NCBI GenBank assembly: GCA_029775855.1
Contig: JARVJZ010000003.1
Coordinates: 96,001-160,000 of the forward strand
Direction: 5' to 3'
DNA: 64,000 nt
Origin: Nitrososphaeria archaeon
GTDB taxonomy: Archaea > Thermoproteota > Nitrososphaeria > Nitrososphaerales > JAAOZN01
Within the stretch, counting starts at the first letter, position 1. Every line of letters begins with the position of its first letter. The notes beneath the pieces were generated by a model. That model was given only the letters and a program-made list of their open reading frames with translations, was not told the DNA's origin and made no database searches. Shown one piece after another: positions 49,116 to 58,581 of this stretch. The translations under genes were made by a program, and so were the position numbers.

Positions 49116-50711
49116 ATCGATTCAAAGATCGATGTGCTCGACACAACGCTAAGGGACGGCGCTCAAACCTACGGTATATCATTCACCCTCCAAGATAAAC
49201 TAAGTATAACACAAAGGCTCGACGAGCTAGGTATAAAGTATATTGAAGGAGGCTGGCCTGCATCAAACCCAAAAGACTCAGAATTCTTCAACATAGCAAA
49301 GACACTCAAACTAAAACACTCGGAGATAGTCGCCTTCACCAGCACAAAAAAGAAGAACACACAACCAGACAAAGACTTAAACCTCAAGGCAGTCATATCC
49401 TCAGGCGTAAAGAGCGTTGTAGTCTTTGGAAAAGCTTGGAACCTACATGTTAACCACGTGCTGAAGATAAGCCTAGAAGATAACCTCGACATAATAAAAG
49501 AATCGATTCTCTTTCTTAAAAGTAAGGGGTTAAATGTTATCTTCGACGCTGAACACTACTTTGACGGATACAAAGCAGACCAAACTTATGCGCTTAAAGT
49601 CCTACAAGTAGCTGAAGAAGCTGGAGCAGACACGCTCGTTTTATGCGACACTAACGGAGGAACCCTACCACACGAAGTCCATACAATAGTGCTCAGAACG
49701 AAGGAGAAGGTAAGGAGCAAGCTAGGAATACACGCGCACAACGACGCAGGGTTGGCTGTAGCTAACACAATTATAGCTGTATCTGCTGGTGTAAGGCACA
49801 TACAAGGCACAATAAACGGATTAGGGGAAAGATGTGGTAATGCTGACCTATGCCAAATACTACCCACACTACATTTTAAAATGGGCTTCACCATCCTAGA
49901 ATCACATAAACCACGAGACCAGCAGCTAAAAGGGTTAACCGCCCTATCAGAATATGTATATGAACTACTCAACCTCCAAGGAGTAGCTAATCAACCCTAT
50001 GTAGGCAAAAACGCCTTCAAGCATAAAGCCGGTGTGCATATCGACGCCATAAAAAAAGTGTATAAAGCATACGAACATATCGACCCATCACTAATAGGCA
50101 ATGAAAGAGGAATCTCTATTTCCGAGCTCTCCGGCAGAGCAAGCATCGTAAGCTTGGCTTCTGAGCTCAACCTTGACCTAAGCAAAGACCATAGCTTAGT
50201 TAACGAAGTTCTAAAAGAAATTAAGGAGCTTGAAGCAAAAGGATACCACTTCGAAAACGCTAAGGCAAGTGCACACCTCATCCTACTTAAAAAAGCTGGG
50301 CTACTAGAAACCCCATTCAAATTGGTCTCTTGGAAAGCATCGTCTAAAATGGATGGTAAAAATCGATGCTCAGCCGAAGTAACAGTTGAATTTTCTGGTG
50401 AAATCCATAAAGAAAAGGCAACGGGCGTAGGTCCAGTCCACGCACTTGATGTAGCTTTTAGGCAAGCGATCCTACGCAAATATCCACAGCTTTCAAACAC
50501 TAAGCTCATCAACTACAAAGTTACGGTAGTCGACAGCATAAAAGCTACAGCATCTGTAGTAAGAGTCTTCATAGAGTTTGAAGACAATGGTAAAAGATGG
50601 GCAACAACTTCAGTCTCGTCAAATATAATCGAGGCGAGCATAAAAGCCTTAGCTGAAGGATACACCTACAAACTGCTACTAGACAAATCGCATAAGAAAC
50701 TAAACACATAG
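49116..50711 (+). CDS. cimA: citramalate synthase (probable non-canonical ATC start at 49116; first standard start GTG 49134)
   Basis: DTTLRDGAQ, EGGWPASNPKD, FDAEHYFDG, LCDTNGG, GERCGNAD, SELSGRAS. Confidence 0.88.
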   Translation: MDSKIDVLDTTLRDGAQTYGISFTLQDKLSITQRLDELGIKYIEGGWPASNPKDSEFFNIAKTLKLKHSEIVAFTSTKKKNTQPDKDLNLKAVISSGVKSVVVFGKAWNLHVNHVLKISLEDNLDIIKESILFLKSKGLNVIFDAEHYFDGYKADQTYALKVLQVAEEAGADTLVLCDTNGGTLPHEVHTIVLRTKEKVRSKLGIHAHNDAGLAVANTIIAVSAGVRHIQGTINGLGERCGNADLCQILPTLHFKMGFTILESHKPRDQQLKGLTALSEYVYELLNLQGVANQPYVGKNAFKHKAGVHIDAIKKVYKAYEHIDPSLIGNERGISISELSGRASIVSLASELNLDLSKDHSLVNEVLKEIKELEAKGYHFENAKASAHLILLKKAGLLETPFKLVSWKASSKMDGKNRCSAEVTVEFSGEIHKEKATGVGPVHALDVAFRQAILRKYPQLSNTKLINYKVTVVDSIKATASVVRVFIEFEDNGKRWATTSVSSNIIEASIKALAEGYTYKLLLDKSHKKLNT

Positions 50712-50778
50712 ATTAACATATGACAGAAGGCTTTTAACCAATCAACTAGTAGGCTATAGGCAACAAGGAGGTAGACAA

Positions 50779-51780
50779 TTGGCGAAAATATGGTATGATA
50801 AAGACACCACTCTAGACGCTCTAAAGCAAGAGGTAATAGCTGTAATCGGATACGGAAGCCAAGGCTCAGCACAAGCCTCCAACTTAAAAGATTCAGGATT
50901 AAATGTGATAGTGGGGCTAAGAGAAGAAGGCGCAAGCTGGAACAAAGCGATTAGAGACGGGCATAAAGTATCCAAAATCAAAAAAGCTGTAGAGGAAGCA
51001 GACATAATCCACATACTAGTCCCAGACATGATCCAACAAACACTCTACGAAAAGGAAATAGCACCAACCTTAAGAAAAGGACAAGCCCTAAGCTTCTCAC
51101 ACGGCGCAGCCATACATTGGGGCTGGATCAAACCACCAAACTGGGTAGATGTAATAATGCTAGCGCCGAAATCACCAGGGCAAAGAGTCAGAGAGCTCTA
51201 CCTCGAAGGATTCGGTACACCAGCACTAGTAGCTGTGCACCAAGACTACTCTAAAAAAGCTTGGCCTAGAATCCTAGGGTTAGCGAAGGGTGTTGGCTGC
51301 ACACGAGCCGGTGTAATTGAGACCACATTTAAAGAGGAGGTTGAAACCGATTGGTTCGGTGAGCAAGTGGATCTATGTGGAGGTGTTGATAGGCTTATCC
51401 GAACTGCCTTTGAGGTTTTGGTGGAGAACGGCTATCAGCCTGAAGTAGCCTACTTTGAATGCTTGCACGAGTTAAAGCTGATTGTAGATCTTATCCAAAG
51501 ATATGGGATAAGTGGTATGTATAAGAGGGTGAGTGAGACAGCACGCTACGGCGGATTGACTAGAGGCGGCTTAGTGATAGATCAGCAGACCAAACGCAAG
51601 ATGCAAACTATACTCGACGAAATACGCTCAGGCAAATTCGCAGAAGAGTGGTATAGAGTCTACGCGAAAGAAGGACCAGCATCATTCAACAAATATCTCG
51701 ATGAGCTTCAAAAGCATCCCATAGAGCAGGTTGGGCTTAAACTAAGACGAATGATGTGGGCAGAAGGCGAAGTCAGCTGA
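50779..51780 (+). CDS. ilvC: ketol-acid reductoisomerase
   Basis: GYGSQG, APKSPG, ETDWFGEQVDLCGG, YFECLHE. Confidence 0.96.
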   Translation: MAKIWYDKDTTLDALKQEVIAVIGYGSQGSAQASNLKDSGLNVIVGLREEGASWNKAIRDGHKVSKIKKAVEEADIIHILVPDMIQQTLYEKEIAPTLRKGQALSFSHGAAIHWGWIKPPNWVDVIMLAPKSPGQRVRELYLEGFGTPALVAVHQDYSKKAWPRILGLAKGVGCTRAGVIETTFKEEVETDWFGEQVDLCGGVDRLIRTAFEVLVENGYQPEVAYFECLHELKLIVDLIQRYGISGMYKRVSETARYGGLTRGGLVIDQQTKRKMQTILDEIRSGKFAEEWYRVYAKEGPASFNKYLDELQKHPIEQVGLKLRRMMWAEGEVS

Positions 51781-51827
51781 CCCATAATCGTTAAATTTGA
51801 GCAAAAATCTGCTAGAGGTAGACTAAG

Positions 51828-52121
51828 TTGCCCAGATCACACGGATACAGAAGAAAGACAAGACGGCTCCTAAGAGTAGACGGCTCAAAGAATAGAGGCT
51901 TAACCCCTTTGTTGAGAGAATACAAAGTCTCCGAAAAGGTAGTTATAGACATAAACCCCTCACAGGTAAAAGGGATGCCCCATAGAAGGTTTCAAGGTAA
52001 GGTAGGAGTAGTGGAAGAAGTGGGGCGTAGAACCTTGACAATAAGAGTTCCAATAGGTGATAAGGTGAAGAAGGTTATTGCTCGTTTAGAGCACGTAAAA
52101 CCCCTTAAAGAGGTTGCTTAA
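51828..52121 (+). CDS. rpl21e: 50S ribosomal protein L21e
   Basis: GYRRKTR, KGMPHRRFQGKVG, RLEHVK. Confidence 0.96.
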   Translation: MPRSHGYRRKTRRLLRVDGSKNRGLTPLLREYKVSEKVVIDINPSQVKGMPHRRFQGKVGVVEEVGRRTLTIRVPIGDKVKKVIARLEHVKPLKEVA

Positions 52122-52123
52122 AG

Positions 52124-52447
52124 TTGTCTGAACAGAAGATAAAGAAGCAGCCCATAACTATACCTGAAGCAAAAAAGCTGTTAGAAAATCTCGACCTCGA
52201 CCAAGCGGACCAAATACAGAAAAGAACCCTAGACTACCTCACAAAGTTCTCGAAGACCACACCCGAAAAAGCCAGTAAGCTTGTTAAAACGCTTATTGAA
52301 AAAGGTTTAACGGAGGAAGAGGCGGTAGAATTGGTTAACAACATGCCTAGGAGCATCGAAGAGGTAAGGGTATTCACTTCAGGTTGGAAGAAATTCCTAC
52401 CAACAGCAACTCTCCAAGAAATACTTAGTATACTACAGCAAGAATAG
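52124..52447 (+). CDS. rpo4: RNA polymerase subunit Rpo4 (RpoF)
   Basis: ITIPEAK, QKRTLDYLTKFSK, MPRSIEEVR; follows rpl21e. Confidence 0.9.
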   Translation: MSEQKIKKQPITIPEAKKLLENLDLDQADQIQKRTLDYLTKFSKTTPEKASKLVKTLIEKGLTEEEAVELVNNMPRSIEEVRVFTSGWKKFLPTATLQEILSILQQE

Positions 52448-52985
52448 GACATTTATAGATCTTTTTTACCTTAATTACCGCTTTTTAATATTCATCTCAT
52501 ACTTATCTGTGCTATTTCAGACACACTTAGGCATCACTTACACTCCTATAGGTCTCTTTGCAGTAGGGCTCTGTGCTTTTGTTGCAAGTTCTTTATAAAA
52601 GGTCTAATTTTTATACGATTAAGTTAGGTTGCAGGTCGACAAATACATTACCTTTGATGTTGTTTATAATAAGATTTAGTTTAGCTCTGCAATGTTTATT
52701 TCTAGGTTTAATATTTACATACTTTATATTATTTACGTTATCAATTTATACTTAAAGATAGAAAGTAAAAGTAGCGGTATGTGAATTGAGGTAGTTAGAA
52801 GATGTATAATTTGATCCCGTTTGCTCCCAGATTACATGGATGGTTGTGTTTGAATAAAAGCTTAAGTTTCCTTATCACAATCTCCGCAAATCTGCTATTA
52901 TTTTTCATCAAATTATTGAAAGATACAGCAGTACAGGCTTCGGGCTTTGTCAAGATTCTTGTTAACCAGCTGAGAGTAAAGGTGA

Positions 52986-55370
52986 GTGAGCATGGTGAGT
53001 AGTGAAGAGCCTCGTATAGGGGTGTTTATCTGCCACTGTGGTGGCAACATATCTGATGTTGTAGATGTTGAGAAGGTTCGCGAAGCGGCTTCTAAGATGC
53101 CTGGTGTAGTAGTGGCTGAAACCAATAGATATATGTGCAGCAAGACTGGTTTAGACCTCATAAAAGATTCTATAAAAAAGTACGGTCTCAATAGGGTTGT
53201 TGAAGCCTCTTGCACACCTAGAATGCACCTTAACACCTTCAGAAGAGCTTTGGTCGATACTGGGTTGAATCCCTATTTACTTGACATGGTTAACATAAGA
53301 GAGCATTGTAGCTGGGTTCACACAGATAAAGATACTGCTACAGAGAAGGCCATAGCAATAGTCAGAGGCTCTGTGATGAGGGCTCATCATCTGGAGCCTC
53401 TTCAGCCAGAGTATCGGCCAGTTGAGCGTTCTGTTATGGTGGTTGGCGGTGGAGTGAGTGGCATCTTCGCATCCTTAGAGCTTGCGAACAAAGGCTACCA
53501 AGTCTACCTTGTTGATAGGAAGCCCAGTATAGGCGGGAGGATGATGCAGCTCAGCAAAACTTTCCCAACTCTAGACTGCTCAACTTGTATACTTGCTCCT
53601 AGGATGGTTGAAGTAGGGCAGCATCCGAATGTTAAGATAATAACGCTTGCTGAACCTGTGAAAGTAAGCGGCTCTCCAGGGAACTATGATGTAACTTTAA
53701 GGATCAAGCCAAGGTATGTTGATGTGTCTAACTGTGCGTCTTGTGGTGATTGCGCTAAAAAGTGTCCGATGAAGAGAGTGCCGAACGAGCATGAAGCGGG
53801 TTTAGCTTATAGGACGGCTATCTATCTACCATTCCCCCAAGCCATACCTCAAGCCTATGTTATAGATCCGGAGCACTGCCTATACTTCCAGAAGGGAACC
53901 TGCAAGGTCTGCGCCAAGGCTTGCACAAGGGGTGCGATAAACTTTGATGATAAAGAGCGGCTTGAAACCATACGCGTAGGCGCAATAGTATTGGCTACAG
54001 GCATAGACGTTATGGATCCCTCGCCGCTTAAAGAATACAGCTACGGTCAGCATCCTGATATAGTCACTAACTTACAGTTCGAAAGGCTGCTCTTACAAGG
54101 AATGCTAAGACCATCGGACAAGAATGTGCCGAAGAAGGTAGCTTTCATACTCTGCGTAGGGAGCAGAAGCCCAGAGCGAGCCCAAGCCTACTGCAGTAAA
54201 GTGTGCTGCATGATAGCTCTTAAACAAGCTTTCCTCCTAAAGGAGTTTCACGCAGAGTCTGAGCCGTGGGTCTTCTACACAGATATGAGGGCTGCGGGTA
54301 AATGGTATGAAGAATTCTATACTAGATGTAGAGAGCATGGTGTTAAGTTTGTTAGAGGTAGGGTGGCTGAAGTAAAACCTAATGGCAGCTCAATCACCCT
54401 AAGGGCTGAAGACACACTCTTAGGCGCACAAATCGAAGAAAACTTCGACCTAGTTGTGTTAAGCACCGCCCTACTACCAAGCATAGGAACAAAGGAGGTT
54501 GGTCAGCTCGTCGGGATGGATACTGGTCCAGACGGCTTCCTATTGGAAAAGCACTACAAGCTTGAGCCCGTAGATGGGGCTTGGACTGGCGTGTATGCTG
54601 CTGGCTGCGCCTTAGGACCTAAGGATGTTAGGGAGAGTGTTGTTGAAGCTATGAGCGCTGCGTCTAGAGCGTCAACCTTCTTAGGTGGAGGAAAGATAGA
54701 AGTAAGCCCTGAGAAGGCGTTCGTAATAGAAGATCTGTGCGATGGCTGCGGCGTGTGTCTACAGTATTGTCCAAAGAATGCTTTATCGATAAGCAATGGT
54801 AAGGCTACTATAAATCCAGTGAGCTGTATTGGTTGTGGTATATGTGTCCCAGTTTGCCCAAAGCAGGCTATAGATCTTAAGCATAATACAGAGAAGCAGC
54901 TTCTCGCATCTATCTACGGTGTCTCTCAAGGAAACCTCAAACCTCTTATTGTAGCGTTTACAGAGAAGGTTGTAGGTTATAGGGCTGCTGACATGTATGG
55001 GCTTGATAGAAGAAAATATCCTCCGAACATTGTGATAATTGAAGTCCCCACAACAAGGAGAGTTGGGTTAAAGCACGTGCTACATGCGTTTAATGCTGGT
55101 GCAGATGGCGTTGTGTTTGTAGAAGCTGAAGATAACTGGTATGGTCTAAGTAAAGAAGACGGCTTAAAGCAGTTCAGAGGACACGTAAGCCAGATACAGA
55201 GAGAGCTCAGAAAATTTGGTGTAGACGCAGCCAGAGTTATGGCTGTTGCAGTAACATTACCCCAATACTATAAGCTCGAAATATTCGATACTGTAGTAAA
55301 TAGGGTTAAAGGCGCCAAGCCGTTAACTGATGATGCAAAAGCAAAGATCAAGGGGGTGCTATCATCTTGA
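52986..55370 (+). CDS. hdrA: heterodisulfide reductase subunit A fused to a degenerate MvhD-like domain
   Basis: RIGVFICHCG, GGGVSG FAD motif, KTFPTLDCSTC, YCSKVCCM, inserted and C-terminal ferredoxin CxxCxxC, C-terminal AADMYG...YPPN...GADGV. Confidence 0.92.
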   Translation: MSMVSSEEPRIGVFICHCGGNISDVVDVEKVREAASKMPGVVVAETNRYMCSKTGLDLIKDSIKKYGLNRVVEASCTPRMHLNTFRRALVDTGLNPYLLDMVNIREHCSWVHTDKDTATEKAIAIVRGSVMRAHHLEPLQPEYRPVERSVMVVGGGVSGIFASLELANKGYQVYLVDRKPSIGGRMMQLSKTFPTLDCSTCILAPRMVEVGQHPNVKIITLAEPVKVSGSPGNYDVTLRIKPRYVDVSNCASCGDCAKKCPMKRVPNEHEAGLAYRTAIYLPFPQAIPQAYVIDPEHCLYFQKGTCKVCAKACTRGAINFDDKERLETIRVGAIVLATGIDVMDPSPLKEYSYGQHPDIVTNLQFERLLLQGMLRPSDKNVPKKVAFILCVGSRSPERAQAYCSKVCCMIALKQAFLLKEFHAESEPWVFYTDMRAAGKWYEEFYTRCREHGVKFVRGRVAEVKPNGSSITLRAEDTLLGAQIEENFDLVVLSTALLPSIGTKEVGQLVGMDTGPDGFLLEKHYKLEPVDGAWTGVYAAGCALGPKDVRESVVEAMSAASRASTFLGGGKIEVSPEKAFVIEDLCDGCGVCLQYCPKNALSISNGKATINPVSCIGCGICVPVCPKQAIDLKHNTEKQLLASIYGVSQGNLKPLIVAFTEKVVGYRAADMYGLDRRKYPPNIVIIEVPTTRRVGLKHVLHAFNAGADGVVFVEAEDNWYGLSKEDGLKQFRGHVSQIQRELRKFGVDAARVMAVAVTLPQYYKLEIFDTVVNRVKGAKPLTDDAKAKIKGVLSS

Positions 55371-55945
55371 ACACATGGTCTAGAAAGATAACACCAGATA
55401 TGATGGACCCTAACTTCGAGACCACACTCAGAAAGAAGCTCGGTGAGAAAGGTGAGAAGATACCGCTCTGCTTCCAATGCGGCGTGTGCAGCGGCTCCTG
55501 CCCAGTAGCTTTCGCAATGGACTTCACACCAAGGCAGATAATGGAGCTGATAAAACTTGGCGTTAAAGACCTTGTGTTGAACAGCTCAACAATATGGCTT
55601 TGCGCAGCTTGCTACAGCTGCTCTGTGCGCTGCCCACAAGGCGTGGACTTAAAGCAGGTGATGGATACCTTAAAGGAGATGGCGCTCGAGGATCCAAAGT
55701 ATAGCGTTGCTGAGAAAGCCTTCTACGAAAAGTTCATTGAAGTTGTAAGGAAGAATGGGAGAATGGATGAAGTAGCGCTCTACGTTAAACTAATGCCAAA
55801 ATCAACAATAATGAGAAACTTAGGATTCGGCCTTAAACTGTATCAGAAGGGAAAGATTCACCTCAGCCCAACAAAGTCAAACAGCGCAGACCAAGTCGCT
55901 AAGATATTTGAAAAGGTTCTGGCAAAGGAGGTGCAGCAGCAATGA
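55367..55945 (+). CDS. hdrC: heterodisulfide reductase subunit C
   Basis: CFQCGVCSGSCP and WLCAACYSCSVRCP. Confidence 0.92.
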   Translation: MNTWSRKITPDMMDPNFETTLRKKLGEKGEKIPLCFQCGVCSGSCPVAFAMDFTPRQIMELIKLGVKDLVLNSSTIWLCAACYSCSVRCPQGVDLKQVMDTLKEMALEDPKYSVAEKAFYEKFIEVVRKNGRMDEVALYVKLMPKSTIMRNLGFGLKLYQKGKIHLSPTKSNSADQVAKIFEKVLAKEVQQQ

Positions 55946-56826
55946 AGTACGCCTATTACCCAGGCTGCTCAGCAGACACCTCAGGTAAAGAATACGATAA
56001 ATCATTTAGGCTTGTAGCTGAAGCTTTAGGCGTGAAGCTGGTTGATGTTCCAGAGTGGAACTGTTGTGGTTCACACGTAACTTATGTCTTTAACCCAACA
56101 TTGGCTGCAGCCCTCTCAGCTAGAAACTTGGGTTTAGTAGAGAAGATAGGTGAAGAGATCGTCGTCACTACTTGCAGCGGCTGCTACCAGACGCTTAAGA
56201 GGTCAAATCAACTCTTAAAGCATGATGGTGAAGCACAGAATAGGGTTAAGAATGCGCTTGAGGCTGTGAATCTGAGTTATAGTGGTAATGTTAAGGTTAG
56301 GCATGCTTTAGAAGTCCTAACTACTGATGAGTCTTTAGCAACCCTATCTCAGAAGGTTTCTAAACCGTTAAAGGGTTTGAAGGTGGCACCATACTATGGC
56401 TGCGCATTAGTTAGACCCAAGTTTGAGGATAGCTTCGATGACCCAGAGAATCCTCAGTCTCTAGATCGGCTGATCAAGGTTTTGGGTGCTGAACCCGTGC
56501 CCTATAGTGATAAGGTTAGGTGCTGCGGCGGCGTGTTGATTATGAAGCGCGAAGATGTTGGCTTAGAGATGATTCGCAGGCTTCTTGTAGACGCTAAGCA
56601 AGCTGGCGCAGACTGCATAGTTACACCTTGCGCTCTCTGTCATCTTAACCTTGACATTATGCAGCCTAAAGTGGAGCAGAGCTTTAAGTTAAAGATAAAT
56701 ATGCCCATCTTCTTCTTTACGCAGCTCATAGGTCTAGCCTTAAGCTTAAAACCTTCTCAACTCGGGCTTGATAATCACATGGTGCCTCCAGTAACTCTAC
56801 TACAGAGTAAGGGCATTTTGATTTGA
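55942..56826 (+). CDS. hdrB: heterodisulfide reductase subunit B
   Basis: Two CCG domains: YYPGC..WNCCG..CSGC and YYGC..RCCGG..CALC. Confidence 0.93.
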   Translation: MKYAYYPGCSADTSGKEYDKSFRLVAEALGVKLVDVPEWNCCGSHVTYVFNPTLAAALSARNLGLVEKIGEEIVVTTCSGCYQTLKRSNQLLKHDGEAQNRVKNALEAVNLSYSGNVKVRHALEVLTTDESLATLSQKVSKPLKGLKVAPYYGCALVRPKFEDSFDDPENPQSLDRLIKVLGAEPVPYSDKVRCCGGVLIMKREDVGLEMIRRLLVDAKQAGADCIVTPCALCHLNLDIMQPKVEQSFKLKINMPIFFFTQLIGLALSLKPSQLGLDNHMVPPVTLLQSKGILI

Positions 56827-56874
56827 TGGTAAATGTTAAATGCCAAATCCGTAGTTGATGGTGTGTGAGGGAAT

Positions 56875-57288
56875 ATGGTTAAAGTAGGTGAATACGAGGT
56901 TCGCGAAGGTCTGTACTATTCAAAAGACTTCTTTTGGGTCAAGGTTGAAGGCAACAAGGCTAGATGCGGGTTAACAGACTACGCCCAGAAGATGCTTAAA
57001 TCAATCGTCTACATAGATGCGCCTAAAGCTGGCACTGATGTGTCTCAAGGTGAAGTGTGTGGCTCAATCGAATCTATCAAGACTGTCTCAGACCTAATCA
57101 GCCCGCTCAACGGTAAAGTCGTTGATTATAATGTGGCCTTAGATAAGAACCCTGGGTTGATAAATTCAGACCCGTATGGGCAAGGATGGATATTCATAAT
57201 CGAATCGCCTTCTCTCCAATCAGATCTATCAAACCTAATGGATCTAAATAAAGCAGTTGAATGGCATAAGGAGCTTCTTAATAAGTAA
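56875..57288 (+). CDS. gcvH: lipoyl-carrier protein (glycine cleavage H / LbpA-like)
   Basis: GLTDYAQ, IESIKTVSDL lipoyl-Lys, NSDPYGQGW. Confidence 0.92.
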   Translation: MVKVGEYEVREGLYYSKDFFWVKVEGNKARCGLTDYAQKMLKSIVYIDAPKAGTDVSQGEVCGSIESIKTVSDLISPLNGKVVDYNVALDKNPGLINSDPYGQGWIFIIESPSLQSDLSNLMDLNKAVEWHKELLNK

Positions 57289-57303
57289 GCCCCTTTTTCT
57301 TAA

Positions 57304-57777
57304 TCAGCTTCGACAGAAGCGCCCCAGCTTTTTTACAGCTTCCTCAGCTTCTCTTGTTAATTCCTCTTTGAAGTCTATACATTTAGGTTGAATGCCAAGC
57401 AGCGCTATTTTCGCTGAGACGCTTTGACTTAAATATCTAGCCAAGGTATCTAAGCTGATTGAGTGTGTAGAAAGAGGGAGATCATCGATTTCATCCATAG
57501 AAATAAGCCTTGTGTAGCCTGGTTTCCTGTTGAGTTGAGCTGCATCTACAAAGAGTATATGTGTTGGCTTGAAACTTGATATTACATCCGTGTAGCTCTC
57601 AGGGGTTGTTTCGGCTTCTATTAGAAATATGTTATCTCCTACTCTTCCTTTGAGCGTGTCGATGAGTTCAAGTCCTATAGCGTCGTCTCCACGCAACCTA
57701 TTGCCTAAACCAACTATAACCAGTTTCTTCATTCCATAAAGCCAGTTGCTGAGATCTTTCTCTAACTTCAGAGCCAC
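57304..57777 (-). CDS. hydrogenase maturation endopeptidase (HycI-like)
   Basis: GLGNRLRGDDAIG, TPE, VDAA, STH, GIQP. Confidence 0.88.
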   Translation of the reverse strand: MALKLEKDLSNWLYGMKKLVIVGLGNRLRGDDAIGLELIDTLKGRVGDNIFLIEAETTPESYTDVISSFKPTHILFVDAAQLNRKPGYTRLISMDEIDDLPLSTHSISLDTLARYLSQSVSAKIALLGIQPKCIDFKEELTREAEEAVKKLGRFCRS

Positions 57778-57919
57778 ATTAGTAAAATGCTCTATATGTG
57801 TCTTAAATGTCTATTGTTGAGTCCTCTTATGTTAGGGTAGCTACCTATTTGCTCAACAACAGGTTTGTATTGCAAAAGCTTTAAATGTAGTTCAGCATGT
57901 ATCTACTTTAACTGTAGAT

Positions 57920-57940
57920 TGGTGATGAGCACTCTGACCA
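57920..57940 (+). ncRNA. K-turn/K-loop hairpin (L7Ae site) in leader of DUF655-ksgA-hemK operon
   Basis: TGG-TGATGA-GCACT-CTGA-CCA: perfect C and D boxes in a closed hairpin ~35 nt downstream of BRE/TATA (57873-57886). Confidence 0.62.
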
Positions 57941-58014
57941 TAAAGCCCTACAACCATAGTCTTGCTCGAATTTACTGTTGTAGTTGGTAGTGTAGAAACG
58001 CTGGGTGTTGCCAT

Positions 58015-58581
58015 TTGAGTTATTTGCCAACTGTGGGTAAGAAGTATGAAGAGTATGCTTATGTGCTTGATTTTCTGCGTAGAGGTCGTTCCTCAGTAAT
58101 AAAGGGTAGGGAAGGTCCGCTTGTGCAGGCTTTGGGTGAAGAGCGGCTTACTCTTCTGGAGATACTTGCTGTGGAAGGTGCTTCTTTTGAGGTAGGTGAG
58201 CGAATCTACATAGGGAAAGAAGGTAGGACGAAGGTGTTGAGCGTTTTAGGGCGCTTAAGCTATGATGATCTGACCTCAGACGCTAAAGCTGAGTTGCCTA
58301 GAGTTGTTGAGCAGCTCGTTTTAAATAATGAGAAGAGGTTTGTGGCTCTTTTTAATGAGCTTCAACCCGTAACTCCTAGATTGCACGCGCTTGAGCTTAT
58401 ACCCGGCATAGGTAAGACCTTTATGTTTCAGATACTTGAGCAGAGAAGCAAGAAACCTTTTGTCTCGTTTGAAGATGTTCAGAAGAGGGTTGGTTTAAGA
58501 GACCCAGCTAAGCTCATAGCGAAGCGGGTCATTGAGGAGCTTACTGGGAACTGTAGGATAAACTTGATTGTAAGGAAATGA
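58015..58581 (+). CDS. DUF655 family putative RNA-binding protein
   Basis: EEYAYVLDF, RLHALELIPGIGK HhH. Confidence 0.92.
   Translation: MSYLPTVGKKYEEYAYVLDFLRRGRSSVIKGREGPLVQALGEERLTLLEILAVEGASFEVGERIYIGKEGRTKVLSVLGRLSYDDLTSDAKAELPRVVEQLVLNNEKRFVALFNELQPVTPRLHALELIPGIGKTFMFQILEQRSKKPFVSFEDVQKRVGLRDPAKLIAKRVIEELTGNCRINLIVRK

Noticed and set aside
52573-53002. Short ORFs in the AT-rich region before hdrA
   Set aside because: F/L/I-rich products typical of AT-rich non-coding DNA
52986-56826. Methanogenesis inferred from hdrABC
   Set aside because: No mcr/mtr or coenzyme genes in window; HdrABC is widespread in non-methanogens
57921-57985. Possible fluoride riboswitch (GGTGATG start)
   Set aside because: Downstream consensus/pseudoknot partner not found and no crcB-type gene; K-turn fits better
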